A program made the position numbers and the translations under genes. DNA of 44,909 bases from Candidatus Binataceae bacterium (lineage in GTDB: Bacteria > Desulfobacterota > Binatia > Binatales > Binataceae). This document shows positions 17,508 to 29,400 of this stretch, one piece after another. Position 1 is the stretch's first letter. Every line of letters starts with the position of its first letter. The stretch covers positions 1-44,909 of the forward strand of contig DATEGX010000409.1 of NCBI GenBank assembly GCA_035279875.1. Direction: 5' to 3'. Below the pieces are notes generated by a model. The model was not told where the DNA came from. It saw only the letters and a program-made list of their open reading frames with translations, and made no database searches.

Positions 17508-17876
17508 GTGCCTTTCGACGCTGCGACGCTCGATTCATTTCTCAAGTTGACCGACAGTTTGCGGGAACTTGAGATTACGATCGGGCCAAAAGCGCGTCCG
17601 GTAGTCGCCGAATTGCGGGCACGGCTGGCGGATGCCGCCTTGTTGCGTCAAACCGGCGATATTGCGGGCGCGCTGGTGAAGATTCGCGGCGCGATGGAGC
17701 GGATGGCATCGCTGGCCGGTGAACTCGACCCGGACGAAGCGATGCTGATGCGCATGCTGACCGATCGGTTCAGCGCCGCCCTCAGTCTCGGCGACAAACA
17801 TACGGCGAAAGAGGCGGTCAATGCGATGCGACACAAAGCCGGCGATCCGAAGGACGATCCCAACGTAGACTGGTGA
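17508..17876 (+). CDS. Small all-helical hypothetical protein
   Basis: 122 aa with a GTG start, strong third-position GC bias and no recognisable motif. It is divergent from fabF. Confidence 0.5.
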   Translation: MPFDAATLDSFLKLTDSLRELEITIGPKARPVVAELRARLADAALLRQTGDIAGALVKIRGAMERMASLAGELDPDEAMLMRMLTDRFSAALSLGDKHTAKEAVNAMRHKAGDPKDDPNVDW

Positions 17877-17999
17877 TCGGGCGACTCGCCTCCGCTTTCG
17901 AGGCCGTTTTTCGACGCAAAAGCCTCAACGGACGCCATTCAAGGCTAGATTCGGCGTCACTGGTAGAGCTTTTCAAAGCATAAGCAAAGGAACCACACC

Positions 18000-20033
18000 T
18001 TGGCACTTGCACCCGAGAGTATGCTGTCGCCTTCAACGCTCGATCAGTCGTGCATCAATTCGATTCGCGTGCTCGCGATCGATGCGGTGCAAAAGGCCAA
18101 TTCCGGCCATCCTGGCATGCCGATGGGCATGGCGCCGGTCGCTTATCTGCTCTTTACCCGCTTTATGCGGCATAATCCGCGCAATCCCAAATGGTACGGG
18201 CGCGACCGCTTCGTATTGTCGGCCGGACACGGCTCGATGCTGCTGTATTCAACGCTTTACTTGACCGGCTATGACCTGAGCCTCGACGACATCAAACATT
18301 TCCGGCAAGTCGATAGCAAAACCCCCGGCCATCCGGAGAATTACCTGACCGCGGGCGTGGAAACGACTACCGGACCGCTCGGACAGGGCTTCGGCAACGG
18401 GGTCGGGATGGCGATCGCCGCCAAGCATCTGGCGGCGCGCTTCGAGCGAGGGAATTCGCGGCTCTTCGATCACAATATTTTCGCGATTGTCAGCGATGGC
18501 GACCTGATGGAAGGCGTCTCGAGCGAGGCTGCCTCAATCGCGGGGCATCTCGGGCTCGGCAATCTCGTTTATCTGTACGACGACAATCACATTACCATCG
18601 ACGGCAATACTAATCTCTCGTTTGCGACTGAAGACGTGTGTAAGCGCTTTGACGCTTACGGTTGGCATACTCAGGTGGTGGAAGACGCTAACGACCTCCA
18701 GGCGCTATCGCGGGCTATCGAGAATGGCATCGGCGAAACTGGCCGGCCCTCCCTGATCCGCGTGCGGAGCCATATCGGCTACGGTAGTCCGCATCGGCAA
18801 GACAGTTCCGAAGCCCACGGCAAGGCCCTGGGTGTCGAGGAGGTTAAGCTCACCAAGCAATTTTACGGATGGCCGACCGAGCCGGCCTTCTACGTGCCTG
18901 ACGAGGCGCTTGCGGAATTTCGCAGATGCGTCGAGCGCGGCGCCGAACTCGAACAGGACTGGGATCGGCGCTTTGCGGACTACGCCAAGGCCAACTCGGC
19001 AGCCGCTGACGAGTTCCGGGCTACACTGGCGGGTGAACTACCCGAGGGCTGGGATAAAGATCTGCCGGTGTTCACGCCCAAGGATTCGCTGGCGACGCGC
19101 GAATCGGCTTCGCATGCCGAGCAGGCCATCGCCAAGCGGGTACCAGCGTTGATCGGGGGTGCGGCCGACCTCAACGAATCAACCTTCACCGATATCAAGG
19201 ACGGCGGTGATTTCGAACGCGGCTCCTATACCGGACGCAACCTTCATTTCGGTATCCGCGAGCATGGAATGTGCTCTATCCTGAACGGTCTCGCGCTGCA
19301 CGGCGGATTGGTCCCGCTGGGCTCGAGCTTCATGGTTTTCACCGACTATTGTCGCGGCTCGATTCGCCTGGCCGCGATTATGGGTGTGCACGTGATTTTC
19401 GTGTTTACCCACGACTCGATTGGCCTGGGTGAGGACGGCCCGACCCATCAGCCAATCGAGCATCTGACCAGCCTGCGTGCGATTCCAGACCTGACCCTGA
19501 TTCGTCCGGCTGACGCCAACGAAGCGGTCGAAGCCTGGCGCGTGGCGATGCAGCACAAGCACGGTCCGGTGATGTTCGCGCTCTCGCGGCAGAAATTGCC
19601 GACCTTCGATCGCACCCAGGTGGCGCCCGCGTCGGGCCTGGCACGCGGTGCATATGTGCTTTCGGAAACCGCGGGCAAGGCCGCGGACATCATTCTGATC
19701 GCGACAGGCTCTGAGGTGCAGCTTGCGATTGCGGCTAAGCCGGAGCTTGAGAAACGCGGGCACGCGGTGCGGGTGGTCAGCATGCCGAGCTTCGAGCTAT
19801 TCGAGCAGCAGGACGCGGCTTATCGCGACTCGGTGTTGCCACCGTCGATTAAGCGGCGGCTGGCGATCGAGGCGGGGGCTCCGCTGTCATGGTACCGATG
19901 GGTCGGTCTCGAGGGCGACATCATCGGGATGACGCGGTTTGGCATGTCGGGACCTTCCGCCGAAGTGCTGAAATATTTCGGCTTCACCGTCGAGCACGTG
20001 GTCGAACGCGCTCTCAAGCTGCTCGGCCACTGA
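18000..20033 (+). CDS. tkt: Transketolase
   Basis: Motifs include [48 protein letters not shown], and [17 protein letters not shown]. The track start is a TTG at 18000; the ATG at 18021 (MLSPSTLDQ) is the likelier start. Confidence 0.95.
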   Translation: MALAPESMLSPSTLDQSCINSIRVLAIDAVQKANSGHPGMPMGMAPVAYLLFTRFMRHNPRNPKWYGRDRFVLSAGHGSMLLYSTLYLTGYDLSLDDIKHFRQVDSKTPGHPENYLTAGVETTTGPLGQGFGNGVGMAIAAKHLAARFERGNSRLFDHNIFAIVSDGDLMEGVSSEAASIAGHLGLGNLVYLYDDNHITIDGNTNLSFATEDVCKRFDAYGWHTQVVEDANDLQALSRAIENGIGETGRPSLIRVRSHIGYGSPHRQDSSEAHGKALGVEEVKLTKQFYGWPTEPAFYVPDEALAEFRRCVERGAELEQDWDRRFADYAKANSAAADEFRATLAGELPEGWDKDLPVFTPKDSLATRESASHAEQAIAKRVPALIGGAADLNESTFTDIKDGGDFERGSYTGRNLHFGIREHGMCSILNGLALHGGLVPLGSSFMVFTDYCRGSIRLAAIMGVHVIFVFTHDSIGLGEDGPTHQPIEHLTSLRAIPDLTLIRPADANEAVEAWRVAMQHKHGPVMFALSRQKLPTFDRTQVAPASGLARGAYVLSETAGKAADIILIATGSEVQLAIAAKPELEKRGHAVRVVSMPSFELFEQQDAAYRDSVLPPSIKRRLAIEAGAPLSWYRWVGLEGDIIGMTRFGMSGPSAEVLKYFGFTVEHVVERALKLLGH

Positions 20034-20078
20034 ACTTCCCTACTGGCGCCTCCGCGCATCCGCCCGGAGGCAGGAGCT

Positions 20079-22934
20079 ATGACCATGAGCAGTTCGGGCA
20101 ATCCGCTGCGGCGGCTGGAGGATTTCGGGCAGAGTGTCTGGCTCGATTACATTCGGCGCCATCTGCTTTCGTCGCCGGAATTTCGCAAGATGATCGACGA
20201 GGACGGCCTCAAGGGCATGACGTCGAACCCGACCATCTTCGAAAAGGCTATCGGGGGCTCCACCGACTACGACAAGCAATTCGAAGGGCTGGTGCGTGAC
20301 GGAAAAAGCGTCGACGAGCTCTACGAGGCGCTCACCACAGAGGACATCAAAACCGCCGCCGACGCGCTGCGTCCGCTCTACGACAGAACTCACGGCGGGG
20401 ACGGCTTCGTCAGCTACGAGGTGTCGCCGCAACTGGCCAATGACACCGATGGCACGATTCAGGCTGCGCATCGATGCTTCGAGCTGATCAATCGGCCCAA
20501 CCTTATGATCAAGGTTCCGGCCACGCCGGCTGGACTGCCCGCGATCGAACGGCTCATCAGCGAAGGCCACAACGTCAACATCACCCTGATGTTCTCGATG
20601 AAGCACTACGATGCGGTCGCCGAGGGTTATATTCGAGGACTCGAGAAGCGTGCAGCGGCGGGCCAGCCACTGGATAACGTCGCCTCGGTCGCCAGCGTAT
20701 TCGTGAGCCGGGTTGAAACCCTGGTCGACCGCAAGCTCGAGGAAAAGCTCAAGGCCAAGCCCGACGAAGCGGCGGCGGCATTGCGCGGCAGCGCTGCGGT
20801 GGCGAACGCCCGGCTGATCTATCATCGCTTCAAGGAGATTTTCGGCAGTGAGCGATTCAAGCGGCTGGCTGCGAGGGGCGCTCATGTGCAACGCCCGCTG
20901 TGGGCCTCCACCGGAACCAAGAATCCCGCCTACAGCGATATCAAATATGTCCAGGAGCTGATCGGACCGGATACCGTCAACACGATGCCACCGGCGACGA
21001 TGGACGCGTACCGCGATCACGGCCAGCCCGGCGCGACAATTGAGCGGGGCCTTGGCGATGCCCAGGAGACGGTCAAGCGTCTGGCAGCGCTCGGCATCGA
21101 CCTCGACCAGGTGGGCGACGAACTGCAGCAGGAAGGCGTCGATTCGTTCGACAAATCGTTCGCCGACCTGCTGGCGACGATCAAAGGCCGCCGCGAGGCA
21201 ATCGTCGCCGGTAGCGCGGATCGCCAGACAATCAGTGCCGGAGCTTACGAGCCGCAGGTCGCGGCGGCGCGTCAACAACTCGATAAGGAAGAGTTTGCGC
21301 AGCGTCTATGGCGCAAGGACGCGACCCTGTGGAAGAAGGATCCGCAGCATCAGGCGATAATCCGTAACGCGCTGGGCTGGCTGACCGTGCCCGAACTTAT
21401 GGAGGAGCAGGTCGCGGTCCTGCGCGATTTTGCCGGCCAGGTCGTCAAGGAGCATTTCGGCGACGTGGTGCTGCTGGGGATGGGCGGTTCGAGCCTTTGT
21501 CCCGAAGTGTTCGGGCGAACGTTTTTCAGCGCGCAGGGTTATCCGCATCTTCACGTGCTCGATTCGACTGTTCCCGCGCAGATTCGCGCGGTCGAGAAGC
21601 GCATCGACGTGGCCCACACCCTGTTCCTGGTTTCGAGCAAATCGGGCGGGACGGTCGAGACCCTGTCTCATTGCGCCTACTTTTACGATCAGGTGAAAGC
21701 GCGCAACGGTATCCTGGCGGGGCGCAGTTTCGTTGCGATCACCGACCCCGGAACGTCGCTCGAAAAGCTCGCAAAGGAGCACGACTTCCGCCATACCTTT
21801 CTCAACCCGCATGATATCGGTGGCCGCTATTCGGCTTTGTCGTACTTCGGGCTCGTGCCTGCCGCGCTTATCGGGATGGATGTTGGGGCGCTGCTCGACC
21901 GCGCAGTTCGGATGCAGCATAGCTCGGCCGGCTATATTCGGACGGAAGCCAATCCCGCCGTGAGCCTCGGCGCCGCCTTAGGCGCGTTGCAAAAGGCTGG
22001 GCGCGACAAGGTGACGTTTGTGGTATCGCCGCCGATCGCGGCCTTCGGGCTGTGGGTCGAGCAATTGATCGCAGAGAGCACGGGAAAAGAGTCGACCGGC
22101 TTGATTCCGATCTGCGACGAACCTGTGGGTACGCCCGACAATTACGCCAGCGACCGCATCTTCGCCTATCTGCGGCTCGAAAACGGCGCCGACCCGGCCC
22201 AGGACAGCGCGGTCGAAGCGCTGCGCAATTCAGGTGCGCCCGTTGTGCAAATCGCAGTTGCGGACCGCATTGATCTCGGCGACGAATTCATGCGCTGGGA
22301 GATCGCGACCGCAACCGCCGGTTCAATCATGGGCATCGACGCGTTCGATCAGCCCAACGTTCAGGAGAGCAAGGACAACACCGGCCGTCTGCTCAAGGAA
22401 TTCGAATCCAGCGGTGCGCTTCCGGCCGAAAGCCCAACCGCCGGGCATGGCGTCCTGTCGCTTTACTGCCCGCCGTCGACGCGCGACAAAATCGCAGGTG
22501 CGGCGGATTTTGACGAGCTGCTCAAGGGATTTTTCAAGCTCGCGAATAGCGGAGACTACTTCGCCATCATGGCCTACATGGCACCGGCGACGGCCGTCGA
22601 CCGCGAGATCACCCGAATGCGCACGGCAGTCCGCAATCACCTGAAGATCGCGACGACTTTCGGTTATGGCCCGCGCTTTCTGCATTCAACCGGACAATTG
22701 CACAAGGGCGGGCCCAACAAGGGACTGTTCCTGCAAATAACCCAGGACCACGATGAAAACCCGGCGATCCCGGGCGCGCGGTACGGCTTCGCGACCCTGA
22801 ATCAGGCGCAATATCTTGGCGACTACGAGTCGCTGCGCAATCATGGCCGCCGTGTGCTCCGCGTCCATCTGCATGGCGACCCCGAGACCGCGTTGGCAGG
22901 ACTCCGGCACGCGGTCGTGGCGGCGCTCGGATGA
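20079..22934 (+). CDS. tal-pgi: Bifunctional transaldolase / glucose-6-phosphate isomerase fusion
   Basis: 951 aa. The N-terminal roughly 370 aa are transaldolase (GQSVWLDYIRR, GMTSNPTIFEKA, MIKVPAT, active-site Lys context). The C-terminal roughly 550 aa are a Pgi/SIS domain (VVLLGMGGSSL, FLVSSKSGGTVET, GGRYSALS). Confidence 0.9.
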   Translation: MTMSSSGNPLRRLEDFGQSVWLDYIRRHLLSSPEFRKMIDEDGLKGMTSNPTIFEKAIGGSTDYDKQFEGLVRDGKSVDELYEALTTEDIKTAADALRPLYDRTHGGDGFVSYEVSPQLANDTDGTIQAAHRCFELINRPNLMIKVPATPAGLPAIERLISEGHNVNITLMFSMKHYDAVAEGYIRGLEKRAAAGQPLDNVASVASVFVSRVETLVDRKLEEKLKAKPDEAAAALRGSAAVANARLIYHRFKEIFGSERFKRLAARGAHVQRPLWASTGTKNPAYSDIKYVQELIGPDTVNTMPPATMDAYRDHGQPGATIERGLGDAQETVKRLAALGIDLDQVGDELQQEGVDSFDKSFADLLATIKGRREAIVAGSADRQTISAGAYEPQVAAARQQLDKEEFAQRLWRKDATLWKKDPQHQAIIRNALGWLTVPELMEEQVAVLRDFAGQVVKEHFGDVVLLGMGGSSLCPEVFGRTFFSAQGYPHLHVLDSTVPAQIRAVEKRIDVAHTLFLVSSKSGGTVETLSHCAYFYDQVKARNGILAGRSFVAITDPGTSLEKLAKEHDFRHTFLNPHDIGGRYSALSYFGLVPAALIGMDVGALLDRAVRMQHSSAGYIRTEANPAVSLGAALGALQKAGRDKVTFVVSPPIAAFGLWVEQLIAESTGKESTGLIPICDEPVGTPDNYASDRIFAYLRLENGADPAQDSAVEALRNSGAPVVQIAVADRIDLGDEFMRWEIATATAGSIMGIDAFDQPNVQESKDNTGRLLKEFESSGALPAESPTAGHGVLSLYCPPSTRDKIAGAADFDELLKGFFKLANSGDYFAIMAYMAPATAVDREITRMRTAVRNHLKIATTFGYGPRFLHSTGQLHKGGPNKGLFLQITQDHDENPAIPGARYGFATLNQAQYLGDYESLRNHGRRVLRVHLHGDPETALAGLRHAVVAALG

Positions 22935-22973
22935 CCGCCGCGTTAACGACTTCCACGACATCCACCAGGGATA

Positions 22974-23711
22974 ATGAGCGCTAACAAGATAATCGTGATG
23001 GATACGGCCGAGGCGCTTCATGTGCGCGCCGCCGAAGAAATTGCCCATGTCGCGGGCGAGTCGATTTGCACCCACGGCGAGTTCACTTTGGCTCTGACTG
23101 GCGGCTCGACACCCGCACCGACCTACGAACTGTTGGCGACACGGTTCCATCTGAGCGTCGATTGGAAAGAGGTCCAGTTCTTTTGGGGAGACGAGCGCTG
23201 CGTGCCGCCGGATGACCCCGCGAGCAATTACGGGATGGCCAACCGCACGATGCTCTCGAAGCTCGCACTGCGGCCCGAGCAGGTTCACCGGATACGGGGG
23301 GAGGATTCTCCTGCGCAGGCGGCGGAAGACTACGAGCGTGAACTGCGCCGCTGCTTCGGTTTGGACGGCTCGCCGGACGATTTTCCCTCTTTCAATCTCG
23401 TCCTGCTGGGGCTCGGTGACAACGCGCACGTGGCCTCACTCTTCCCGCGTCATCCGGCCCTGCTTGAAGCAAGTCGTCTGGCGGTCGCGGTCGAGGTTGA
23501 AGCCGAGCCCCCCAAGCGTGTGTCGCTGACGATGCCGGTGATCAATGCCGCTCAGCAGGTAATCTTGATAGTCAGCGGTGAGAAGAAGGCGGCGGCGGTC
23601 AGGAACGTGCTCCAGGGAACCGACGACCCGGAGCAATACCCGGCTCAATACGTCAAGGGTGGCGAAATCCTGTGGCTGCTCGATAAGCCCGCGGCGTCGA
23701 TGCTCAAGTGA
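22974..23711 (+). CDS. pgl: 6-phosphogluconolactonase
   Basis: 245 aa with FTLALTGGSTP, FFWGDERCVPPDDPASNY and LLGLGDNAHVASLFP. Confidence 0.9.
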   Translation: MSANKIIVMDTAEALHVRAAEEIAHVAGESICTHGEFTLALTGGSTPAPTYELLATRFHLSVDWKEVQFFWGDERCVPPDDPASNYGMANRTMLSKLALRPEQVHRIRGEDSPAQAAEDYERELRRCFGLDGSPDDFPSFNLVLLGLGDNAHVASLFPRHPALLEASRLAVAVEVEAEPPKRVSLTMPVINAAQQVILIVSGEKKAAAVRNVLQGTDDPEQYPAQYVKGGEILWLLDKPAASMLK

Positions 23712-23772
23712 CCGCGGTCGTCGCTGGGGCGGATCTTCCCCCGATGCGACTGCCTGCGGCACAATAGCGCGC

Positions 23773-24339
23773 ATGGCTCGCTTCGCCCTTCGGCATTGGA
23801 CGGCACTCTTGATTATCGTTGTAATCGCCGGATGGGCGATCTTTTACCTTCCAGGCACGCCCAGCTATGCAATCTACCAATTGAAGCAAACCATCGACGC
23901 GCGTAACGGCGGCGCCGCGGCCACTTATGTCGATTTCCCGCAGGTGGTCCGTAACGCCGGTTACGAAATGGTGCAGGACCAGGGCGGGGGCAGCAGCGAT
24001 CCATCGAATGTGATCGGTCAGCTTTTCGGCAAGGGCGCGGTCGACCTGTTCTCGGGCCCGATGGCGGCGTTACTGCAGCAATGGGCGGTGCAACAGGTGA
24101 ACAATGGGGCGCGAGAGGTGCAAATGCCGCCGGTAGGCGTGGTCGGCGCGATTTTGCTGCTCCATCACGATGGCGACGCCGCGTACACTCAGTGGACCGA
24201 CCATAAGGGACAAATGTGGGAGGTTCGGATGGCGCGGGAAAACGGCGCCTGGAAAATTGTTCAGGTCAAGAACGTCAAGCAATTGCTCGAGAAATTGCAG
24301 CGCGACCAGCAGAAACAACTCGGCAGACCAAGCCCGTGA
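23773..24339 (+). CDS. Membrane-anchored DUF2939-like protein
   Basis: I trimmed the start to the ATG at 23773 (MARFALRHWTALLIIVVIAGWAIFY, an N-terminal TM helix), followed by YAIYQLKQTIDARNGGAAATYVDFPQV. The track ORF start at 23578 overlaps pgl with Arg-rich junk. Confidence 0.65.
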   Translation: MARFALRHWTALLIIVVIAGWAIFYLPGTPSYAIYQLKQTIDARNGGAAATYVDFPQVVRNAGYEMVQDQGGGSSDPSNVIGQLFGKGAVDLFSGPMAALLQQWAVQQVNNGAREVQMPPVGVVGAILLLHHDGDAAYTQWTDHKGQMWEVRMARENGAWKIVQVKNVKQLLEKLQRDQQKQLGRPSP

Positions 24340-24423
24340 TTCCCGGCGCACTGCCGGCCTCAGGCGCATGGCACTTTGTTCGTTGTCCGGGCGGACAGTA
24401 CGTTTACACCACCTCACGCGATA

Positions 24424-24488
24424 GGTAGACTAGATTAGGCGCGGTCGAAAGGTCTTTGACGGCTCGGCCGCGCTTTAGATTGTCTACC
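24424..24488 (+). promoter_or_regulatory. Structured leader immediately 5' of the typA start codon
   Basis: The outer stem is GGTAGAC (24424-30) paired with GTCTACC (24482-88). The inner stem is GCGCGG paired with CCGCGC. The internal loop has symmetric TAGATT-containing sides. A nested GTCGAAAGGTCTTTGAC hairpin sits inside. The 3' arm ends 5 nt before the ATG, and no obvious SD is visible. Confidence 0.4.
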
Positions 24489-24493
24489 AGCCA

Positions 24494-26338
24494 ATGCGAC
24501 GCCACGACATTCGTAACATAGCCATCGTTGCTCACGTCGACCATGGCAAGACCACTCTGGTGGACGCTTTGCTGCGTCAGTCCGGTGTTTTTCGCGCCAA
24601 TGAGCAGTTGGTCGACCGCGTGATGGACTCGTTTGCGCTCGAACGCGAGCGCGGCATCACCATCATGGCCAAGAACACCTCGATCGCATGGGAGGGGGTT
24701 CGCATCAATATTGTCGACACGCCGGGCCATTCTGATTTCGGCGGCGAAGTCGAGCGGACACTCTCCATGGTCGACGGTATCCTGCTGCTGGTTGACGCCT
24801 GCGAGGGCCCGCTGCCGCAGACTCGGTTCGTTTTGAAGAAAGCGCTAGAGGCCCATCTACCCGCGGTCGTTTGCATCAACAAGATTGACCGTACCGACGC
24901 GCGGCCGGCGGAAGTGCTGGACGAAATTTACGACTTGTTCATCGACCTCGGCGCGCATGAGGACCTTCTCGAATTTCCCGTGCTATACACCAACGCCCGT
25001 GCCGGCAGCGCGACCACCCGGCTGGATCAGCCGGGAGCCGACTTGCGGCCGCTGTTCGAAGCGATAGGCAGCCATCTGCCGGGCCCGGAGGTCGATCCGG
25101 ACGCATCGCTTCAATTCCAGGTCAATAACCTGGACTACGATGACTATGTCGGACGGCTGGCAGTCGGACGGATTATCGCCGGCTCGCTCGCTGCGGGCGG
25201 CAATTATTCTCTCTGCCACGAAGGCGGGCGCAGCGCGTGCAAGGTTGCCCGGCTATACGGCTGGCAAGGCCTCAAACGGGTCGAGCGCGAGGAAGCGCGC
25301 GCCGGCGATATCGTGATGGTCGCCGGTATCGAGAATATCGAGATTGGCGATACTGTCGCGGATTTCGACAACCCCCGGCCTTTGCCGCGTATTCAGATCG
25401 ATGAACCCACGGTCGCGATGACCTTCTCGGTCAACAATTCGCCGTGGGCCGGCCGCGAGGGCACTTATGTGACCTCGCGTAAGCTGGGCGAACGCATCGA
25501 TTTCGAATCGCGCCGCAACGTCAGCGTTCGCGTCGAGCAGATGAGCCCGGAATCGTGGCGTGTGATGGGCCGCGGCGAGTTGCAGCTTGCGGTTATACTC
25601 GAAACCATGCGTCGTGAAGGTTACGAATTGCAGGTCTCCAAGCCGACCGTACTGACCCGTCAGGCGGATGGCGAATTGCTCGAGCCGATGGAATTCCTGG
25701 TAATCGACATCCCGGAGGATTACATCGGCGTGATCACGCAACTGCTGTCCGCCCGCAAAGGTAAGATGCGCACGATGGAGACCCACGCCAGCGGACGCGT
25801 GCGGCTGGAGTACGATGTTCCGGCGCGCGGCCTTATCGGCTTCCGTGGGCGCTTCCTTGCCGAAACCCGCGGCCTCGGCGTGATGCATTCGATCTTCAAT
25901 GGCTATGGCCCCTGGTGCGGCGCGATTCGCTCGCGGCAGAATGGCGCGATGATCTCGGACCGCGAGGGCGTCGCCAGCGGTTACGCGATCTTCCATCTGC
26001 AGGAGCGCGGGCGGTTTTTCGTCGGCGCGGGTGATCCGGTTTACGAGGGTATGATCGTTGGCGAGTACTCCCGCGAAACCAATCTGCCGGTCAACGTCTG
26101 CCGCGAAAAGAAGTTGACGAACATTCGCGCCGCGGGCCATGACGAAGCAATCCGCCTGACGACTCCTCGACCGATGGGCCTCGATTCGGCTTTGGAATGG
26201 ATCGACGAGGAAGAATTGGTCGAGCTGACGCCCAAATCGGTGCGCATGCGCAATCGTATCCTGCGAACAGCTCTGCGCAGCAAGCATCGCGTGGGCTGGG
26301 CTGAAAATGCGCAGCCCCAAGTCGCCGAAGGCGACTGA
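24494..26338 (+). CDS. typA: Translational GTPase TypA/BipA
   Basis: Motifs include [36 protein letters not shown] and CINKIDR. The EF-G-like domains and the C-terminal BipA-specific region are present. Confidence 0.95.
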   Translation: MRRHDIRNIAIVAHVDHGKTTLVDALLRQSGVFRANEQLVDRVMDSFALERERGITIMAKNTSIAWEGVRINIVDTPGHSDFGGEVERTLSMVDGILLLVDACEGPLPQTRFVLKKALEAHLPAVVCINKIDRTDARPAEVLDEIYDLFIDLGAHEDLLEFPVLYTNARAGSATTRLDQPGADLRPLFEAIGSHLPGPEVDPDASLQFQVNNLDYDDYVGRLAVGRIIAGSLAAGGNYSLCHEGGRSACKVARLYGWQGLKRVEREEARAGDIVMVAGIENIEIGDTVADFDNPRPLPRIQIDEPTVAMTFSVNNSPWAGREGTYVTSRKLGERIDFESRRNVSVRVEQMSPESWRVMGRGELQLAVILETMRREGYELQVSKPTVLTRQADGELLEPMEFLVIDIPEDYIGVITQLLSARKGKMRTMETHASGRVRLEYDVPARGLIGFRGRFLAETRGLGVMHSIFNGYGPWCGAIRSRQNGAMISDREGVASGYAIFHLQERGRFFVGAGDPVYEGMIVGEYSRETNLPVNVCREKKLTNIRAAGHDEAIRLTTPRPMGLDSALEWIDEEELVELTPKSVRMRNRILRTALRSKHRVGWAENAQPQVAEGD

Positions 26339-26406
26339 TCCTGGCACGCGGAAACCTTCCGCGGATGCGACCGGCCGGCTAACGGTGCATCCTTCCCTTT
26401 GATCGG

Positions 26407-29400
26407 ATGAGATTCCTGCGGCTTCTCGCGATCGCAGTGATCCTGATACTTGCGTCGGTCGGCACCGCGCTCTGGTACGCGGTCGAGCATCAGACTCAAC
26501 TCGTACAGTTGGTCCTCGCGCAACTTGGCCAACACACGGGCATGCAGATCGGGATTTCGGGCTCCCGACTTGGCTTCGGTGTGCGCTTCGTCGTCGTGCT
26601 CGAGCATCCGACCGTGAGGATCGATCAGCGCGAAGCCGCGAGACTGCAGGATATCCGCGCGGTGTTCAGCTACGGCGCAATTTTTCGCCACACCGGCTTG
26701 CCGCTCTATTCGCTGGTGCTGGAGCGGGGCACTATAGCGCTGCCGAGCGGCACTCCCGGTTTCGACTTGGCCTCGCCCGACGCGGTCCCGAATGCGATCG
26801 ACGCCGTGGCGCGGAATCTCGAGAAAATGTCGACGATCGCTCGGCGTTTGGAGCTGGTCGATATCAGCTTGCTCGATCAGGACGGCCGCTCGCTCTTCGA
26901 TCATCTGAGCGCCAGCGCGTATCGCCATCAGAACGCGGCCCGGAAGCCGTGGATAATCGCGTTCAATTGCGAGGCCACGCAAACGCCGCTCGCCGGCGCC
27001 AGACTTTCCGGCGATTTGAATTTAGACCCACGCCCGGTTGAAGGCGGCCAGCTCGCCTCAGGGCACCTATGGTTCGACCGCATCTCGCTTAACGATTTCC
27101 ACGCTGCCAATTTGGCGGCCTCAGCCCACCTCTCTGGCGACGTAACTCTGACAATCTCCAGCGAGGCACAAATCAGCGGAGTTTTCGACCTGAATGCTCG
27201 CGACCTGGAACTTGGCGGTCAGGCCATGACCTCCACTTTGCGCCTCGGCGATTATTCGTCACACTCCAGCTTTCGCGTCACACAGGCACTCGCTGAATTG
27301 AGCGATTTTCAGGTGGTCCACAAGTCGTCCACCATACTACAGGCCGGCGTGTCGCTGACCGATCCCTACCAGGCAAGCCGCGCGATCGCGTTCTCTGTGA
27401 GCGGTATCGACCTGGAGTTACCCCACGCGGCGAATTGGCTACGGTCGTTTCGCGCTGTACCGGGCCGGCTGATCGATTTCGCCGAACGGTTCAGGTCCGG
27501 CAACCTCGTGCTGGCTCGCGTTGCACTCAAAACGCCTCAGCCGCTGAGTGGCCTGGATCTCGCGATACTGCGAAAGAACCTGGATGTCTCCGCGGCTCTA
27601 ACCCGGGTTGGCTACATACCACCGCCGTTGTTTAAGCTTCCGCCGGTTTATCGATTCGATGCGCAGATGACCTATTCCGGCGGCATCGCGCAGCTCAGAC
27701 AGGCGACCGGCCAGATCGGCAATTCCACGCTTGACGACGCCAGCGTAACCGCTGATCTGCGCAACGCGCCTGCAAAGATCCCTTATCAACTCAAGTTATC
27801 GAGCTGGCTCGACACTGAAGATCTATTTAATTCCTGCAGCGGTTTCATCAACCAGGTGGAACCACGCCTGCGCGGCCGTGTTGAGTGGGTTCACGGCCAC
27901 GCGCCGATCGAACTTCAGGCGACCGATACACTGCGCGGACTCGCCCCAGCCGTACCGCAGGACTACCTGCTGAAAGTCGACTTGGGCGACGTACAATTCG
28001 CCCTCAACCAATTGCCGAACCCACTGTCGCTCAGCGGTGGCGCTCTGACAGTCAAGTCCGGGACCCTCCAAGTCGATCACGTGGTCGCCGTGCCACTAGG
28101 TCAACCTGGCAATGTCGTGCTCGATGGCGCGATGCGGTTCGGCACGCCATACGCGCACTTTCATGACTTCAGCGCCGATCTCCATCAGATTGCCAGCGCG
28201 CTATGGCTGCCGCTGATCATGGACCCGCAGCAACTCGCGGTTTCAGGTCCGCTAGGCGGAAAACTAATCGCCAACAGCCCGCCGAACAGTGATCAAATAC
28301 CCACGGTCACGGGAAAACTGACGCTCGGTACCGGGACGATTGCTCTCGGCTTCATGCGCAATCCGATCAACATAATCCATTCCGCTACGCTGACGCTTGA
28401 TGGCAAGGGATTGGTGCTCGACCTTCCAGCTTCGGTATTGGAAAGCGCACCGATGAACTTTCGCATGTCAATGGCGGACTTCAGCCAGCCCCAGCTCCGC
28501 ATCGACGCACAAATCGCGCGGCTCGACTTTGAGGCGCTGCGTTTCATACGGTTGCCATGGTCGCCGAAGACTCCGCCGCGCTTCTTTCCTGTCCCGGTGG
28601 TCGGCCATATCGAGGCGAGCTCCGGCAATTTCGATAAGCTCGCAATGACGGACATCTCAACCGACTTCAGCCACGACAACGAGAATTGGCGAGCCTACAA
28701 TTTCCGCGCAAAGGCCTTCAACGGTACCTTGGATTTGAACATTTCCGGACGCACGCGCGATGATTGGATCAACATCAACGGCGACATCGCGCAGATGGAC
28801 GCAGGGCCGTTGTTCTTGCTCTCGGGCCAGAGCAAGCAAACGCCGATGATCGGCAAACTCTCCGCCAGCGCCAACTTGTGGGGCAATACCGATGTTGATT
28901 TTTTTCGCACCCTCGCCGGCGATGTCTCGCTTACCGTCACCGACGGCACGCTCGACCGCTTCACCCTGCTGCGACGCATCCTGGGGCTAGTCGATTTGAA
29001 AAACTGGCTGACCGCGGAAGTGCCTGATCCGCGCGAGTCGGGAATTCCTTTCAAAACGTTGACCGCCGACTTTCGCGGGAAAGGCGGTGACTTTTACACG
29101 GACAATCTGCGGCTCGATGGCCCGGTCATCGACATTACCGCGCGCGGCGACCTCAGCTTCGCCGACAACACGATGAATATGGAAATCGATCTGATTCCGT
29201 TTCGCACAGCGAATTGGATCGTCAACAAGATTCCGATCATCGGTTCACATCTGGCGGGCGGCAGCAAGGGCTGGGTGGGAGCCTATTTTCACGTATACGG
29301 ACCGTTCAGCAACCCCGGAATCGTGCCCAAGCCAATCACCACCGTCACCGAGTTCGTGATTAAAACGCTGACCCTGCCTATCAACATTATTGCGCCTAAT

